From an uncultured delta proteobacterium (GTDB lineage: Bacteria > Desulfobacterota > Binatia > UBA9968), in contig CAVTUQ010000002.1 of NCBI GenBank assembly GCA_963737905.1, positions 192,001 to 256,000 of the forward strand: a stretch of 64,000 bases of DNA. Reading direction: 5' to 3'. A program made the position numbers and the translations under genes. The notes under the pieces are model-generated. The model searched no databases and had not been told where the DNA came from. It saw only the letters and a list, made by a program, of their open reading frames with translations. Within the stretch, counting starts at the first letter, position 1. Each line of letters opens with the position of its first letter. Shown here in pieces: positions 63,393 through 64,000 of the stretch.

Positions 63393-64000
63393 ATGAAGGA
63401 AAAAATTAGGGTCCTGACGATATGCGCCATGCTCTTTGCGCTTTGCCCGTCCGCCGAGGCGCAGCAGCCGGGAAAAGTCTTTCGCATCGGCATCCTGGAT
63501 CCGACCACTGCTTCCGGTAGTGCCGTCGTTTGGGAAACGTTGCGACAGGAACTCAGCAAGCTTGGATGGATCGAGGGAAAGAATATCGCCATCGAGTACC
63601 GGTTTTCAGAAGGAAAAACTGAGAACCTACCTGAGCTTGCGGCGGACCTGGTTCGGCTAAAGGTTGATCTAATTGTGGTCTCGGGGGGGCCACCGGCGTT
63701 AGCGGCCAAGAGCGCCACCACAACAATCCCCATCGTGATGACGACCTCTGGAGACCCCGTAGCTCAGGGTCTGGTTGCCAGTCTAGGGCGGCCGGGAGGC
63801 AATGTTACCGGGCTGTCGAGTTTAGTGCCTGAGCTAAATAGCAAGAGGCTGGAGATCCTCAATGATGCAGTCCCCAAGCTTGCCCGAGTTGGATTTTTGC
63901 GGCCGTCGAGAAGCGGGTTAGGAGACCTCTCAATGAAGGAGATCAGGCCTGCGGCTCTGGCACTGAAGGTAAAATTGGAGGAGATCGAGACTCAGGTCGA
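63393..64000 (+). CDS. ABC_sub_bind copy G (runs off the window end)
   Basis: GAGGAG RBS, MKEKIRVL..., AQQPGKVFRIGILD, SLGRPGGNVTG. Confidence 0.88.
   Translation, partial: MKEKIRVLTICAMLFALCPSAEAQQPGKVFRIGILDPTTASGSAVVWETLRQELSKLGWIEGKNIAIEYRFSEGKTENLPELAADLVRLKVDLIVVSGGPPALAAKSATTTIPIVMTTSGDPVAQGLVASLGRPGGNVTGLSSLVPELNSKRLEILNDAVPKLARVGFLRPSRSGLGDLSMKEIRPAALALKVKLEEIETQV

Noticed and set aside
53900-64000. Diversity-generating retroelement or integron as the explanation for the SBP array
   Set aside because: No reverse transcriptase, TR/VR pair, IntI or attC-like hairpins are visible; differences involve all four bases
1-64000. tRNA or rRNA genes
   Set aside because: None was recognised by eye; no scan was run

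Overview
Bacterial chromosomal window of moderately high GC. Gene order and repertoire suggest a Deltaproteobacteria-like lineage such as Candidatus Binatia; this is an inference. 1-4.7 kb holds an ECF sigma/anti-sigma/DUF3106/DUF1800/DUF1501 operon. 4.7-23.4 kb is a minus-strand housekeeping block: xerC-hslVU-argBDFGH-lipoprotein-lysA-dapFAB, then glyQS and two ABC exporters. 23.6-38.4 kb holds uptake and catabolic genes (solute-binding proteins, permeases, a VOC enzyme, a molybdo-hydroxylase with its 2Fe-2S subunit, UbiD) and an MNT-HEPN toxin-antitoxin pair. 38.5-53.5 kb holds hrpB, a translationally coupled GAPDH pair in which one copy lacks the catalytic Cys, a USP, and a 1152-bp tandem duplication of pssA in which each copy carries a collapsed mini-gap operon; it also has Rieske, ArfB-like, GMC and amidohydrolase genes. 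53.9-64 kb is an array of orphan ABC_sub_bind-type periplasmic binding-protein genes (six here plus one at 34.5 kb), interleaved with broken toxin-antitoxin genes. These paralogs show conserved frameworks with short hypervariable segments, sharply bounded identical blocks, shared flanking motifs and ATCAAGTGA direct repeats. They are the best candidate for an undescribed recombination-driven diversifying system. Caveats: single-base indels also break essential genes (glyQS), so many frameshifts are probably sequencing errors. All comparisons were made by eye and no searches were run.
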